NCBI RefSeq assembly: GCF_037042905.1
Contig: NC_087251.1
Span: 24,554,001 to 24,618,000, forward strand
Direction of reading: 5' to 3'
Length of the DNA: 64,000 bases
Origin: Lytechinus pictus
Lineage: Eukaryota
The first letter of the stretch is position 1. Each line of letters opens with the position of its first letter. Below are positions 23,088 through 38,000 of this stretch, piece by piece. Below the pieces are notes generated by a model. The model worked only from the letters and a program-made list of their open reading frames with translations, searched no databases and had not been told where the DNA came from. Position numbers and translations under genes: made by a program.

Positions 23088-24094
23088 ATGACGGCACAAT
23101 GTATGGGGAACTTTGGAGCCCACAAATGGCGTTATCCAGAATTTGTTGCTGAGCGATATGGCCGTTCAAATAGATCTGAGCCAGAAAGTCAACCCACTAA
23201 ACAAGATGATGTTGCGATCCATGGGGTAAGCGATCAGACCGTGTGGGTCAACAAGCGGTACATCCCGACCGATCTCCGCAGCACCGCCCCGGTACCTCGC
23301 CACAAGCTGCTAGCTCCACGTCGTCTGCCTCAGGCCGAGAGACACTGGGTGCCGTTGGGAGAGGCCTCTCTTCGACAGTTCTCAAGGGCAATGGAAGAGA
23401 GAGAACTCTACGTTTCTCAACCGAGTTCGAGGTCTGAAGATTGGTCTACCCTTCGACAAATACTGCCATCAAAAGGACTACCATTAAGACATAGCCCACC
23501 GAACTGGGGTACGGGCAGTGCCTATGCCCCACCAATGATCGGAGCAAGACAAAGGCGGTTTCCTCATATAAACAGTCCAATGACAAGGTATGAACTATGA
23601 TTAACTGACTCTTTATATTTTATAATTTAATCAATCTTACTTCATAGTTTGATAATTGGCTAATCAATGAATATTCTGAATTAATTTTTGGTATACTATA
23701 CTCTATAGGAAGAAGCGCTGCTTCAAGATACTAAGTTATAAAACATTGCAACAAAAATCTAATTCTATTTCATAATTAAGGGGAGCCCTATTTTTCCACA
23801 TAATATACAAAGATGAAAGCACAATGAAGGTTTTTGCCAAAAGTATTTCAATCATTTCACAAGTCAATATGAATCTGTCTCTGAGTTAAGTAAAATTTCA
23901 AAATTCCATTATGATCTATTTGAGTTTCAGAGTGTTTTAGTTTATGATTGTCACACAAACACTAATATACCATGATTCATTATTTTGCTGGTGGTAAAAG
24001 TGAGTTGATATTAAAACCACTTTCCCCTGTTTTTCCTCTTATTAGATATGTGGATGACATGCATACAACGCACAAACTTTTCAAGCTTCATTAA
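23088..24094 (+). CDS. 182-aa protein, probably ciliary/sperm axonemal, with a TEX49/SPMIP11-like C-terminus
   Basis: Exons 23088-23587 (AG|GTATGA) and 24046-24094 (polypyrimidine + TAG), in phase. C-terminus RFPHINSPMTRYVDDMHTTHKLFKLH* resembles, from memory, the TEX49 C-terminal motif. X-box upstream. Gene structure is solid; family identity is tentative. Confidence 0.8.
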
Positions 24095-24518
24095 CTCTGG
24101 CAGGGTGCCCACTGGAAAGCCTGTATCCCAAGATGTTTCCATGCTTGTTTCGAAGTCTTTCCAAACTGTGGCCAGTGTAATCTCTGCAATAAGGAAACAA
24201 ACTGACAAAAGAGAATTTCTGCTATTTTGGTTTATATGACACCTAGATAGATCCTTGATTTGATTGGTTGTTTGATATCGTTCATTCAGCCCATTTTGCA
24301 ATGACGTCATCAACCGTGCAATTTTGGATCCATTCATCGTGCAATTTTGGATCCATACAATTTTGTCCATTGCACTCGGGCACAGAGACTGCAGCTGCTG
24401 GCACCAGCAGTGCACATGTTGTATGACATAACAATCAACAGACCGTACTCGCACTGCATGAGCATGTTTTGCATTCATGAATTTCATATGAAAAAAAAAA
24501 TTAGGTGTCATATAAACC

Positions 24519-24681
24519 AAATAATGAATGTTTTTTTTATTCGTGCAATGGACATAATACTTCATTCGGTGAAAGATGAAACAATGATCCATTCAACTCG
24601 GCAACGCCTCATTGAATGGATCATTTCATCTTTCACCTCATGACGTATTCTGTCCATTGCACTCATAAACATTCATTATTT
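24519..24681. repeat. About 160-bp imperfect hairpin, probably the end of a non-autonomous DNA element
   Basis: AAATAATGAATG..GTGCAATGGACA..GGTGAAAGATGAAA..ATGATCCATTCAA pairs with TTGAATGGATCAT..TTTCATCTTTCACC..TGTCCATTGCAC..CATTCATTATTT. Confidence 0.75.
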
Positions 24682-27168
24682 GTATACTATTGAACCAGAA
24701 CATAGATATATGAAAAGAATATGAATTCTTATAATCTTGAAGGTGATGTTTTGATTATGACAATAAATTATCAATAAAAAAATTGCAAAATAGAGAAATA
24801 TATGTCTATGATAAAAAAAAGAAAGGTGTGTTTCAATTATCAATTGTTTAATCAGAAATAAGAGGGTGGTTTTAATTTTGAATGATACACTCAGAAAAAT
24901 GAAGAATAAAACTAGAAAAATGACTGGTGATTTGATTTGATTGGTTAGCTAAATAACATTTAAAAAAGGAATCCTTATTTTATTGATTTATAACTAATTT
25001 TGCCATTTAAATATGAACTAATGATATATGGAAATGTTTTAAAATGGCTGCCTGGTAATTCACTGTAGACTATATAATCAAAGAATTTATACAAAATGTG
25101 TACTTTGGTTTTTGAGGGACTTACAAATCAATTTATGAATTCATTACTGGCAGTGAACATTGAACATTTTCATCCCAGTATAGCTACTGTATGAGCTGCC
25201 AAAGGGATTACTACATCAATTATCAGTACCAAGTGATATTGAATGCATTTATTGCATTAGGTCTAAAAATTCATTTTGCTAACTTAGCAATATAGTTCTT
25301 TGTATTACCTGTTTTGCTGTAAAAATTTACATTCCGTCCAATTTGATATTGTGTGTTGCCCGAGTTAAAACAGTATTATGGATTATTTATATTTCATGAT
25401 CTATGCAATTTTAAAAGTATCTTTCGATTTACATGTATATTATTTTTTGTATGCAATTAACAAATATTTTAACCGTTGTATAAAACATGTACATATATAT
25501 AAGAAAAAAAATAGTTTCTTGACTCGATAATGATCAAAATATTAATCAGTATGAGAAAACTACAAATAATACAAGAACAAGAGTTCTGCAATTTTTTTTT
25601 TATCTGTCTGTACCACATTCGTTTTCGTTTGCATGATGTGTCATGAAAATTGACTTATGCTTTGAGAAAAATACATGTATGTTGTTGTTGGAAGAGTAAA
25701 TTTTATCTAAAGCAATATTCTGGGATTTACAAAAAATATTGTTATATGACTGATGGTCCGCATCGCTACATTTATTGAATTAAAAAATACTAGCTTTTAT
25801 TCTGTGCCATGATTTTTCCCCCATTGAATTTACTTTAGTAGATACTTCAGTTTCTATTAACAACTTTTTATTTCTTTTTTCTTTTTCAGCATATAGATTA
25901 ATAATACAAATAAATTGCTATAACGGTCCATTCTATCATAAATTTTTAGTTCTCTTAAAAGTAACTTATGCACTTTTGCACACTGTACAGCAATTAATTT
26001 TTGTGAGAGGTTTTTTCTTGTCTCATTGTTTTGTCTTGCCAAGTTTCACCACTGTTTGATATTGACTTGGTTGTGTTTTGCGTGCCATACCATAATCATT
26101 AGGAGTAGGTCTATATATGTTTGCATTAACACAAGAAAATCATGAATATGTTACAATGTGTGCAGTATACAAATAATTTGTGCTTCAAATTTGAAATAAT
26201 GAATCTAATGCAATTATTATGATTAAGCCACTCACAAATGTATTAGCATTTTATAAGCAATGATTATCACTTTTAATCATTGTATAACTTAGTCTAGATA
26301 TGACCACTAATGTGAGCAGATCCGTTCCAGCATTTTACTTTTTTGCCCTTGTAAATGCTGGCTTTCAGTGCTATGTAAATTTTGTGCAGTATTCACATGA
26401 GCAGCCACTGAATCAAATAAACCTTTTAGCCTGAATTCATAACTGGTCTTGAATTCATAAGTTCCCCTTTTTTTAAAGCCATGGTTTATGCATATTTCAT
26501 GCATTAATGTTTAATTTACATGTAGCACATGTATTTAGAAAGGGGTAACTTAATGGTGAAGGCAAGCATTTGCCACAGGACGCTAAATTCACAAGTCTTG
26601 CTATAGTTTTAAGAATCAACAAGCCCGCAGTTTTTAATGAATGATTCCACTGTTTGTTTCATTTAATTCACAATAGTGGATTCATATAGCAACCAGTATG
26701 ATTTGTGCGCTGTGGCAAAATTTTGCATCCTTTATTTTACCCTTCCTAATGCATGAAATCTGTATATACCACAGTTTGAAATCACAGATTCAAAACTACC
26801 TTTGTGTGTTTGGGCCAATAATTTTCACAATTCTATGCATGTTTTATGTCACTTTGCTGCATGCATTTCACTGCAGTAATTGTACCAGTATTAAATACTA
26901 TTTCTTTTTATGTTGCCTCTAGATATTATTTCGAATGTCTTTATTAATTTGTACCAGATTCATGAGAAGTATAAAAGGAGTGGTAGTAAATATCAAGACA
27001 AGAAGTTCGGTGGAAATTCATGAAGATTAGTATAAAAAGGGTACATAGCAACACCAATTTACCAGAGCAGTGATCTTATGGTGCTGGGTGATGTAATACA
27101 TAACACAATACTATAATATAATGGATAACAGATTTAGGGCCTGAAGATAGAAAGAAGTTAAGGGAGTG

Positions 27169-27624
27169 AATAAGCCAGTTCGTAGTTCCTTTCTGCGCAT
27201 GATCAAAAGATTCTGTGCATGATCAGAGGAAGGTCATTTGTACTAAAGTGACATGGTGGTTTAAAATCTAATGAGATAAGCACCAACTTTGATGTCCTGA
27301 TTATTCATATATTCTTTTGAATTGTGTTTTTCATGTACATCCACAAAAAACAACAATGCGTCCACGAACGACTGGTATTTCACAGTTTGCCAAGTACATT
27401 ATGCAACATGCTATGATATGTATTCAAAGTAGGAATGCAACAAATACCTTCATAAAGTGTTCATTGGTGTGCTATTCTAGTCACCTGGTCTATTCAATTT
27501 CTTCATCCTGCTATGTAAGGCATGCTTACATAATATCTTGCTTTGAAATCTGCCTATCATAATGAAAGAAATGAAGGGTAATTTTACCAAAATTGTCCAT
27601 GAAGTAACTACGAACTGGTCTATT
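27169..27624. mobile_element. MITE, superfamily unassigned
   Basis: TIRs AATAAGCCAGTTCGTAGTTCCTT and AAGTAACTACGAACTGGTCTATT. Confidence 0.65.
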
Positions 27625-27997
27625 GAACATATCAATTTAAAGTTCAGTTTGTAACATGTGATTTAAAACATAAACAACAGTGCCGATTCATGGTTTGACA
27701 CAACATTACAGTCAGATGCTTGAACTTCAGGCTATAAACATAGATCTGTAGCTGCTCCGTGTTAGCCCTTGCGATAGCCTTCTTTCAAGAGCACTGCTAC
27801 TGTTTTAGATATCAAATGAAATAAAGTATTATAGTATACACATTTATAACCCTTGAACAGAACCATGAGTCACATTTGACTCTTTTTAAAACTGCCTCCT
27901 GGAAGATTATTTGTTTTATATCGAGAACCAAGTTTCCCTTGTTTAAGCACCATGCAGTGTGGGCATTACATTATGAAATGAACACTGCAAGTCTTAA

Positions 27998-28580
27998 AGG
28001 AGAATGAAACCCTTGAAACTAGCTGAATCCATATCAAAGAGAAAAATCAAAGAAACATATTGTTGAAAGTTTGAGGAAGATTGAATGAATAATAAGAAAG
28101 TTATGAGCATTTGAATATTGAGATCACTAGTGCCATGTAGATCCTCCCATCGGCAATGCGACCAAGATCTGTGATATCACACACGTACAACTCCCTCATT
28201 ACTTTAGTACTTATTTCACTTATATTCTCACTTTTATAGAGTCTATCACAAGGTTAGGTGTTTTCTTTATGAGATGACAAGAACAGAGGTTTCACAACAT
28301 TATATCATTGATGAATCGTTTGTCATATGATTAGAATGAGCAAAAAGAGATGTTTTGGGGTATATTTTCAGTGTCCGAATGGGAGAGTTGTACGTGTGTG
28401 ACATCACAGATCTTGGTCGCATTGCCAATGGGAGGATCTCCATAGCATTAGTGATCTCGACATTCAAATGCTCATAACTCTTTTATTGCTAGTCCTATTT
28501 TACTCAAAGTTTTGTTGATCTTATTCTTTGATTTTTCTGCTTTCACAAAAGCTAACTTGCCCCAAGAGTTTCATTCTCCT
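27998..28580. mobile_element. Kolobok-like MITE, family B (inverted relative to 39655-40239)
   Basis: TTAA|AGGAGAATGAAAC ... GTTTCATTCTCCT|TTAA with long TIRs. Confidence 0.85.
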
Positions 28581-31500
28581 TTAACACCGTTCTTGGCCTT
28601 CATTTTGTTCAACAATGCTCAGCTCTTAGTCTGGTCTATGATCATTACTCCCAAATCTTTCATTCCTCTCTCTTCTAAAATGTCTCCAGATTGTTAATAT
28701 AAAAGTATCATTCTGCATCCCTACTCCTTCCCTCAATTTTCACTATCAAAACAAGAGTCCCTGAGCCTTCTTCACATTCTTTTTAAGTCACAATCACATA
28801 ATACATACTAATAAAGAGGAACAAGAAAAAGACGGTAATAAACTTTTTTCTGGATAGGACTTTTAATGATTTAAACTTGTTTCAACAATACAGATGTTTA
28901 GCCATAATGTTATTCATAACTCACTTCACTAAACTGACTACACAATCAGACTGAAACTTGCAAATTCTGTTGATTTATCCCGTTTTTCTGCTCATGTTTT
29001 CTTACTGTTTCGATACACTTGGATAGCTAGCTACACCGTCTATGAAACGTACACACAACATATTCCCTTTTTTTTAATTTCATGAGTAAAATGCATGTCA
29101 GTACAGTACAAATGCCTGTCATCGTCATTGCAAATGTGCATTTCTTCATAAATGACAGCTATTTATATGCAGTTTCAATCCAAAAGCAATAACTGAGAAC
29201 AGATCAATGGCAAGATGTACAAAATTCACAATTTCATTGTTAAATATTGGTTGTTGTATAGTTCACAAATACTTAGTAGTATCATACTCTGTACAGTTCT
29301 ATTCAATTAAGATACCTCAGGAGTTTAAATTTTGATTTACGTAGAATCAAACAAACCCTGGTTATGTACTGGACATGACATGAAATTACAAGACGATCAA
29401 TAGTGTATAAAAAAAAATCATTTAACTACTGAGATGGTTTAAATAGAAAAACAATTTAGCACACTGAGTTGACACCAATGGCCTAGCGATTTTTCATTCA
29501 GTACTTACTATTGTGTTTATTATGAATGGTTATATCTAGGACCCCTAATACAAAGGTTTATGGTGTATAGCAATATGAAAGGACAAATCTGATTTGTTCT
29601 AAGCTATTGAATGAACAAAAATGCCAATGAAGCAATGAACTTGATTGGTCATTTCACAGAAAAATTGATTTTAAACCTTTGTCTTGTCAAGTTGTGTTTT
29701 TGATTTCCCTGCTCCTAAAGATCAAGCTGTTCTGCAAATGAGTGAGATTTTGGAGCAGTCACATGCCTCGAGACTATCATACCATCAGACTGTCACCAAC
29801 TTGTGCAGCTATGACATCATGCCAATACAGCTGTGTGACTGGGTAAAGTTAGATTAAGCTCAAAATCTTCCGTAACCCAGTTGTTCAAATTCAATGTGTT
29901 CGATCTTGCCCATCTTTGACTAGTCTGCAACCTTCATTCATGGCAAAGCAGTATATTTCTCACCCAATTGCAGTCCACCCAGGGACCTTTCACAAACCAG
30001 TTGTATCGTAAATCATGCGGTGGTGATCTGTTTAGTGAAGCCTTCCTGAACACCATTGCAAGATAATCTTCAAAACAACAGCACCAGAAAGCCACTGATA
30101 CATACAGCGACTGACATAAAGCGGGTGTTGCAGCCTGTTTTAATCATAGCTACTAGTTGTGCAAATGAATAATGCCCTTCAATAATAAATACCTATACAT
30201 ATTGAGTATTGACTTATCTGCTATTATCTTTAAGTCTTTGAGTTGTACTTTGAGTTGTTAGAGATGAATATATTTTGCAACAATGTTATATTTCATGCTT
30301 TTACCACATTTATAGCATAAAAGTTTTGCAATAGCTTCGATCAGAAAATGCAGGGATTGCTTTCTTGTTGTTGTTTAGAAGTCATTTTTACACCAGCTAT
30401 ATTGGAAGGGAGTGATATGATTCTGATATCATAGGGTGACTCTTCAAGCTGCCTTGGATTAAAAAAATCCATATTCCTCGATAATGTTGGGATTGCTACT
30501 AAACAGACATGAAGTGAACATGATTCTAGCTTGAATTAAAACCAATCAAGACTTTTTTTCTTGGTACTAAAATTCTGCAAGGTTTGTTTTTTATTTATTG
30601 ATTTGTATTTACTGAGAAAACAATCGTAATTACTGCTCGCTTTGTTGTCATTATTAATAAACTTAGAAGAGTAAATAATATCATGGCTATGATTGTAACC
30701 AATTGATGTCAAGGAAAACGTTTTTAATTGATTGGGTTACTAGTAATTTAAAGACATGCAGGTTATTCATATTACATTAATTCATATGTTAATTCATAAG
30801 TTAAGTACAGACACTATCTCTTCATTGGTGCAAAGCAGATTTGCCACACACATCACATTCTTAACTATCTTAAAATGTAGAATAAGTACTAGTAATGAAG
30901 ACATTAAATACGGATATTTAGAAAATTGAAAGTATTGGCACAATTTAAAGTACATAATTCATAAAGCAACAATAAATGCTTCATATTACCATATCACGCA
31001 CATGGCAATGACGAGGGTATTCATTAAAGTTGTCAGGTAGTTTTATACTTATTTCCCACTGGAATACTTCTGCGTAATCAGTTACTTTTTTCCATTATTC
31101 CCTCTAATTATTTCATCACATGAGTTATGTGGCAGTGTCACTTAAATCATTCTCACCAGTCCAATGATTGAGATTTTCTAACATTAGGAATGGATCTTTT
31201 CTTACTGTATCAACGGAATATATAGGCCCCTTTTATTTTTACTGTTATTGAATGTTAATTAAGTCCAGATAAACACAATTTAAACACTAGACACACAATG
31301 AATTGAAATTTTGAGTGTCTGAATATTTCTACTGTTGGCTGCTGAATTTTGTCATTCCAAAAAGCATTGTACAGGGACAACTTGGTTTCAAGTGGGGAAA
31401 AGAGATTGATGCTTGCTGTATTACAGGAGCAGTATAAACACACACACACACGTACATGCAAAGAGGGACGAATGTACATGAATTAACATCTTAAATCCTT

Positions 31501-34500
31501 TTCAAGAATCTTCTCATTCACCCAAAGCCATATTAACCATGTACCGTCACTTCCTATATTTGTTCTCTTTGACAAATATGATCACTTATTGAAAAACTTT
31601 CGAAGAGGGACAAATTATTGATGAAAAACACCTGACAATGTACATAAATAGAGTTGAAATGTAACCACACTGATTGAATTTATATTTGTACAATAATTGG
31701 CAAAAAAACAACAACATAGAAATCAATCAATTTTTAGAAATCTTATTTACATAGAAAATTGCACATATTTTTATTCGTAGGAAAACCATAGCTATCTTTT
31801 CAATAATACATGTCTACCATCGGTTTAATGCTGTTGATCCTTTTCTCTGGCAATGCCTATCTATTTAAGGCAAGTCTATTAAGGAACAATACCACAAGGA
31901 ATTGAACACATTGTTGAAGAATATATTCAAACTGAAAGATTATCATTAAAATTTTCGGGCAGCATGTAAACAAAATTGGTACAAAGAGAATAAATGCAAT
32001 CTTACTGAATTATAGTAAGGTACTGTACCTTGATAAATTTTGTCCAAGGCTTTGAGGAAGTCATGGCAGCTTTCCCAAATTCTCCATTGTTTTTTTTTAT
32101 GTAGAATTTAGAAAGGCTTTGAGTGATTTCAAGTTTGGTGTAGATATGTTGGTGTTGGACCAATTTTTACATCAGGTAGGCATGAACCTTTAAATGAGCC
32201 TGAAACCATGATGAATCTCACTAAGTGTTGAGCTATCCACGATGTAAATTGGATTTTTGCAGGTTCACATTAGGCTTGATAGCATGGCAAGGTAATCTGA
32301 ATTGTGCTTCTAACACCAACCCTGAAATAACTTGAATGTCTTTCTCAATATGGAGATTACATGACTTGATTTTCCTTGCAGGCAATATGTACTTTCCCAT
32401 GTACTTTTCTTCACATATTCTCTTGCCAAGCTGTGCATTCTACAGCTTTCTATAATTCAAATATATCTTCAATTCAATGAGATGCAATGCTTCTTATTCC
32501 AGTACACAAACCTTCATACAATTAAAAAAAAAATTATTACAATGAAAAATCATATTGGCACCAAAGGAATTGCAAGATGAATCATACAGGTGAGTTATTT
32601 AGAACGTTATCCACAGAAGTGTGGACACTGGTAGAAAAATAATATTGACAAAAATAAGCACACACAATCGTACAAAATATTTCATAAAAAGGTGGAACTA
32701 AACACATCAGCAAAACAGATGGCCTAATGCATAGCAAATGAAATAATGATAATACACAAAAGCAATTAAAGTAAATCTATTAGCATTCAGCAAACATTCT
32801 AGTAACATTCTTACTAATTCCAATCTTACAATAATATCTGAGATATGCCAGAATTAATTTTTTCTTTTTTAATGTGTTGTTATCTTTTCTCAGTTGTTTG
32901 TGAGATGAACACAACTTTCCTTCTTAACTAAAAAACACCTCTATTTCAAGCCCTGTGTTTCCCCAATAAGGATAATCAGTCACATACTGAATTACAGGGA
33001 AAAACTTAAATTCCTCTACAGAGGCTATTTTTCTTGCTTCTTTCCTCCCAGATTGTCCTTTGTAATTGTATTGAACACTATAGTAATTCATGGGTTTTTT
33101 TGCAACCTATAGTGCTGAATTTGATGTAGGGGGGAGGCTTAATTTTCCCCAGCCTCCACGTATAATATCTGTTGGCTTTGGTTTTCCATCACAACAAACA
33201 ATGCAGAATATAATTCTGGGTACACACAACCAGCACAAAATAGTATGGCTCTTAATATCTAACAATAAATACTTTTAAAGAATTCTTCAGACTTGAAAGA
33301 GCTCTTTAGATATAGATACATTTCAAAGTTTTATATACAGCTACATATTCAATTAGTTTGATGATAATAAAAAGGATACTTCTATACTATAGTTACCACT
33401 TCCTATACTTAGATACACTTTGTAATCTACCCTTTGTAATCTACACTCTGCACGTTAGAATCTAACTTTTGAGTTTAAATCCATTTTAATCTACATATGC
33501 TTGTATATGAAGCAATCATCACTGCCATAACTAATCACCACATCAAATTTTCAATATCCTTTTCATTTCCAACGTGACATTCATTACAAGAAATATGAAT
33601 AATGATTTCTCAATTTTAACTATCAAAGAAAGAACGGGAGAACGGGAGCCAGTGGTATGTGTTCTGAATTCTGGTTTAAGGCTAAACCATAGCCTGAGTG
33701 TCTGATTAAATTATGGGTAGCCAAAATGTCAATAATTTGTTTATTTGCTGTAGGCCTATTTTTACTAGACTCTTTTCTTATTATATAATGATGGATACAT
33801 ATATCTGAGTTTTCATTCTCCAAGAATTGTTCAGTTTGGGTGCAAGATATGTTGATAAGTTGAACACTTGTTTGAACCACAAATGGCTACCCATAATTCA
33901 CACACAGGTTTACACCTTAGTTTACACCTTAGGTTAAGTTAAACAAGAGTTCAAAGAAAAGTCAATTGAATACAAGTGGTTGCATAAGATTCAAGTCTAG
34001 TTTTCTGATCTCATAATTCTCTAATGATAATGATGACAAATGTATGTAATAGCCAGCAGGAGGCAGAAAGTGCTGAATATGTTATTTTTATTCATATTTT
34101 TTCTTTTCATGATTCCATTTATTCTTTTTTTCCAATACCATACACCCACTTCCAACCATATACAAGCTAGTATACTTCAAACATCTAATCTCTCTCTCTC
34201 TCTGTCTAGCTATTGTCTACTAGCTAATGTCTGACTGATTGTCTATATACAGGAATCTGCACTGAGCCATTACAACAGGGTGGTGGGAGGAGACGTTTTC
34301 AACAAAGGAAATTGGAATGAAAGCATATCAAATTCAACTCCATCCATTCTAGAAAAATGTGGAGTTTGCAGTCCAACCACGGGATAAATATGTCTAATTC
34401 ACTGGAATGCTCAATCTCACTATACTGCAACTCCAAACATGTTATATTTTATAAAGATTGTCATATTTCATTTCAATGTCAATTAATGTATGAATGTAAG

Positions 34501-35095
34501 TATATTTGAGATGATTAACTACTTGTAGTTTTTCTGAGTTATTCAAAACAATCAATTCTTCATCACATTTGGTGAAGTAGAGACACATCCAATCGCCCCA
34601 TCCTCTCCCCACTAATAGATAAAGTATATGAAATATATATATTTTATGATGGATTGTACTGAGCAAATCTGCAATTTTATGGACTATATCAAATTTTCAT
34701 TATTCTTAAAAAAGACCTAATACCTGTTCCCTTTGTACTACGTACATTTCTTGTGATTATCTTCCCTGGGAATAAGCATTCCAGTGATTTACACATATTC
34801 AACAAAAACAAGGACATCCATCAAATAAATCTCCTGCATTCATTAGAAACATGCTTCAAGTAGCATCACTCTTTGAACAATAGAAAAAAAATGCACCTAC
34901 ATTAAACTTTTGGCCCATGATGGGTGGAAGTTATTATATACAAAAAATTTGAAAACATTCAACTTCCTTTTTTTTTCACTCTCTCTCTCTCATTTGTTGG
35001 AGCTTCATAGAATGTAGATGTCGATGACATACTCTTAAAGGGTTGCAGCAAGTATTAGTTTCACTGTTGTTGTCTCATTGTGGTTACCTGTCTCT

Positions 35096-38000
35096 TTATC
35101 TTTGAGCAACATAGAGTGATGATGCCTGGCTTGGGTCTGCTCCAGCTGGAAACAGTACTGCATAAGAAACAAGAGATGATTCAAGTTGAAAAGATAGGAA
35201 ATTATGTCAAAATAAACAAAGCTAAGGTTGGTACAGTTCGCTCATCAACAAAAAGGTTATTCTGTAACAGGTTAATGAAATCAACATACATAATTTTTTT
35301 TTTTACAAGCTATCAGTGACAGAACATATGGCATAACCTTTAATAGCTGCATGACACTTCTACAGAATTCAGTATAACTCCTATCAAATATTTATCTGCT
35401 AAAGCACAGCATGATGGTATAGGAATAGTCAACTTCTTTGCAACAGGTTCTCAACGTTTAAAACTCAGTGACCAACTGTGAATATATTTTTTTTTTAAAT
35501 TAAAATAAAATTTCTAATTTTACAGTCTACATTTGTAGAATAATCATGTTGTCTGTGCATGACCAGGGTCCCGTAACACCAAGGTTAGCGATTGATCGCT
35601 AACAATTCTGATTGGTTCATAGTCAGTCTACTTAGCAACATGCACATGCAACAAGGATCTTGATTGGTCATTTCATTTGGCGATTAATTGCTAATCTTTG
35701 TGTTATAGCGTCCAGATGACTAGCAATCGCTCAGATACATTTTAGATCCTATCCTTGACAAAGGGATTGATAATAAAATGATAAAATAATGAGATCATTC
35801 CTACCTTTTAAGATGTAGTTTGTCAGCAAGTCAGGCACTTCTTTGCTGTCCTCATCAATTGCTTTCAATACTGAATAGAAAAAGATTAAAAAGATACATA
35901 ATAGAATTGAAGAATTTCAAACAATATATTCGATAAAATTCAAATTACACATACGTAGCATGAATATCAGAACTCTCTGATTCCCCATCCCCCTGAAAAT
36001 ATAAAAACAATGAAAAATTAAAAAAGGTAATTCCTGTTTTTAATTGCCTTTTCTGAACATTTTTTGTCATGAGATCATGTTTTTTTTTTATGTTGAGAAG
36101 AACTACAATTACAAATCAACTTGACCTGCAATGAAATTTCAGAACTGTGAAATTAGTAATTGTAAGGATTCTACATTAAAATTTTAAAAATTTAATTTGC
36201 TTAAACATCGTCTAAACACTAAATATTTTTCAGACAACTTGAAGAGATTCTTATGGAACACTCAATACCAACACAGTCCTGCTTCTTTAGGGTTTTGTAC
36301 TGTTCTCATAATTTCTCTTTGATTTTTTTTAAAAGTTAACAAAATAAAATATTAACATTAAAACATTAAAGTACTGGATTTAAAGCTGAAAATTTCTTAT
36401 CAAACAGTAAACAGGAGAAAAGATCAAGAGGAAAAATAAAAGAGGAGAAAGAAAATAATAAGCACCAATCACCGGCTAGCTTTGAACCAATCGATATCAA
36501 ATTTTGTCTTGAGGGGGTGAAACAGATCATCATGCAAGCATCCAGACACTTCTGATTTTTTTTTCTCTTAAATATTTACGATGATATTATATAACAAGAG
36601 CCGTGGAGAATGCAAAGTGACATTTTCTGTTTGCTAGTTTCAGCACACCATAGCAGGAGACAACACAAATCAATAATGTCTGCCAGCAATCCTCAAATAT
36701 CATTCCTTCAAATTTGATGATTGATTTAAAAGGCTGTGGACTGAGGCTCAGACAGTACAAAACTGGGACAAAGCAAAGATGAAATTTTGTTGATGTGCCA
36801 TTCTTATTTTGTTTCAAAGATTGCCTCGTTGTGACAGGGTAGATATTCAAAAAAGCAAAAGACTTTTACCTATAAAACGACTGAAATTACGAACATCATA
36901 GGAATTGGCTGCATATATTTTAAAGCAATTGATCAAGTGCCTGTAATCATCTATGTACTTACAGAGTATGGGAATATTATTCTAGTGCAAAAGAATGAGC
37001 ATTATTTGTTATATATATATATATATATATATATAGAACCTTGATATTTGATTAAATCTTCCTCACCACAAAACCATGACCAGTCATAATAATGACCACT
37101 CATCACTAGTATAAGACAAATTACCCTTAATGTAAAATCAATACCCGGTCACATGTTATTCGATTAGGATGATCTTATTTAGGTAATGCCTTGATTGCTC
37201 TAGTGAAAATCTGTCATTATCTTCGGGTAGTATCAATCATCTGTTCTCAATACTACCAAAATAACATTCGCATTAATCTAATACATTCTAATAAATCTAA
37301 TCCCCCAACTTTCTCAGGAATTTACAATTTGAAGGTTCTGAGATTCTCATATTTCAGGTATTAACAAGAGTAAAATAAAATAAAGTCCATTTCAACTTTG
37401 TTTTACTACTACTACTACTACTACTATCGTCATTCGTGCCCTGTGGTACATAAGGCCTCCACGCTTTCTTTCCATTTTTGTTGGTCTCTAGCACAACCCC
37501 TGGCCTCATTCCAACTCTTCCATCCGTAGGTATTTCTCTCCTTCCTACAGTTCTCCTCCATGTTGTTTTTCGGTCTACCCCTTTTTTGTTTTCCTTCGTT
37601 TCCATGTTAGAGCAGTGTAACAATGATGGTTATCTTGCTTTCTGAGGACATGACCTATCCAATTCCAACGTGTTTTTTTACTTCCTGACTCGTTTTGTTA
37701 AGTTGAGTGAGATTATTGAGCTCATCCATGCCAATAATGTTTGTCCAGAATATTTGAAGTGCTCTTTTTAAGCATTAATATTGAAATGAATCTAGCTTCT
37801 CTTCATCACTTTTGTTGATCTCCCATGTTTCAAAACCATAGAGACGTACAGGTCTGACTAATGTTTTGAACAAGTTGACTTTGGTTTTCCTTCCATACTT
37901 CTTAGACCTCCACACCTTATTCAGTTTTACAAAAACAATTCTGGCTTTATTCATTCTGCTCTTCATGTCATCTTCTCCGCCACCTTCTACACTAATAATT

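Noticed and set aside
24011..24592. 193-aa minus-strand ORF
   Set aside because: Overlaps the real last exon and 3' region of the + strand gene and a repeat hairpin; no recognisable domain.
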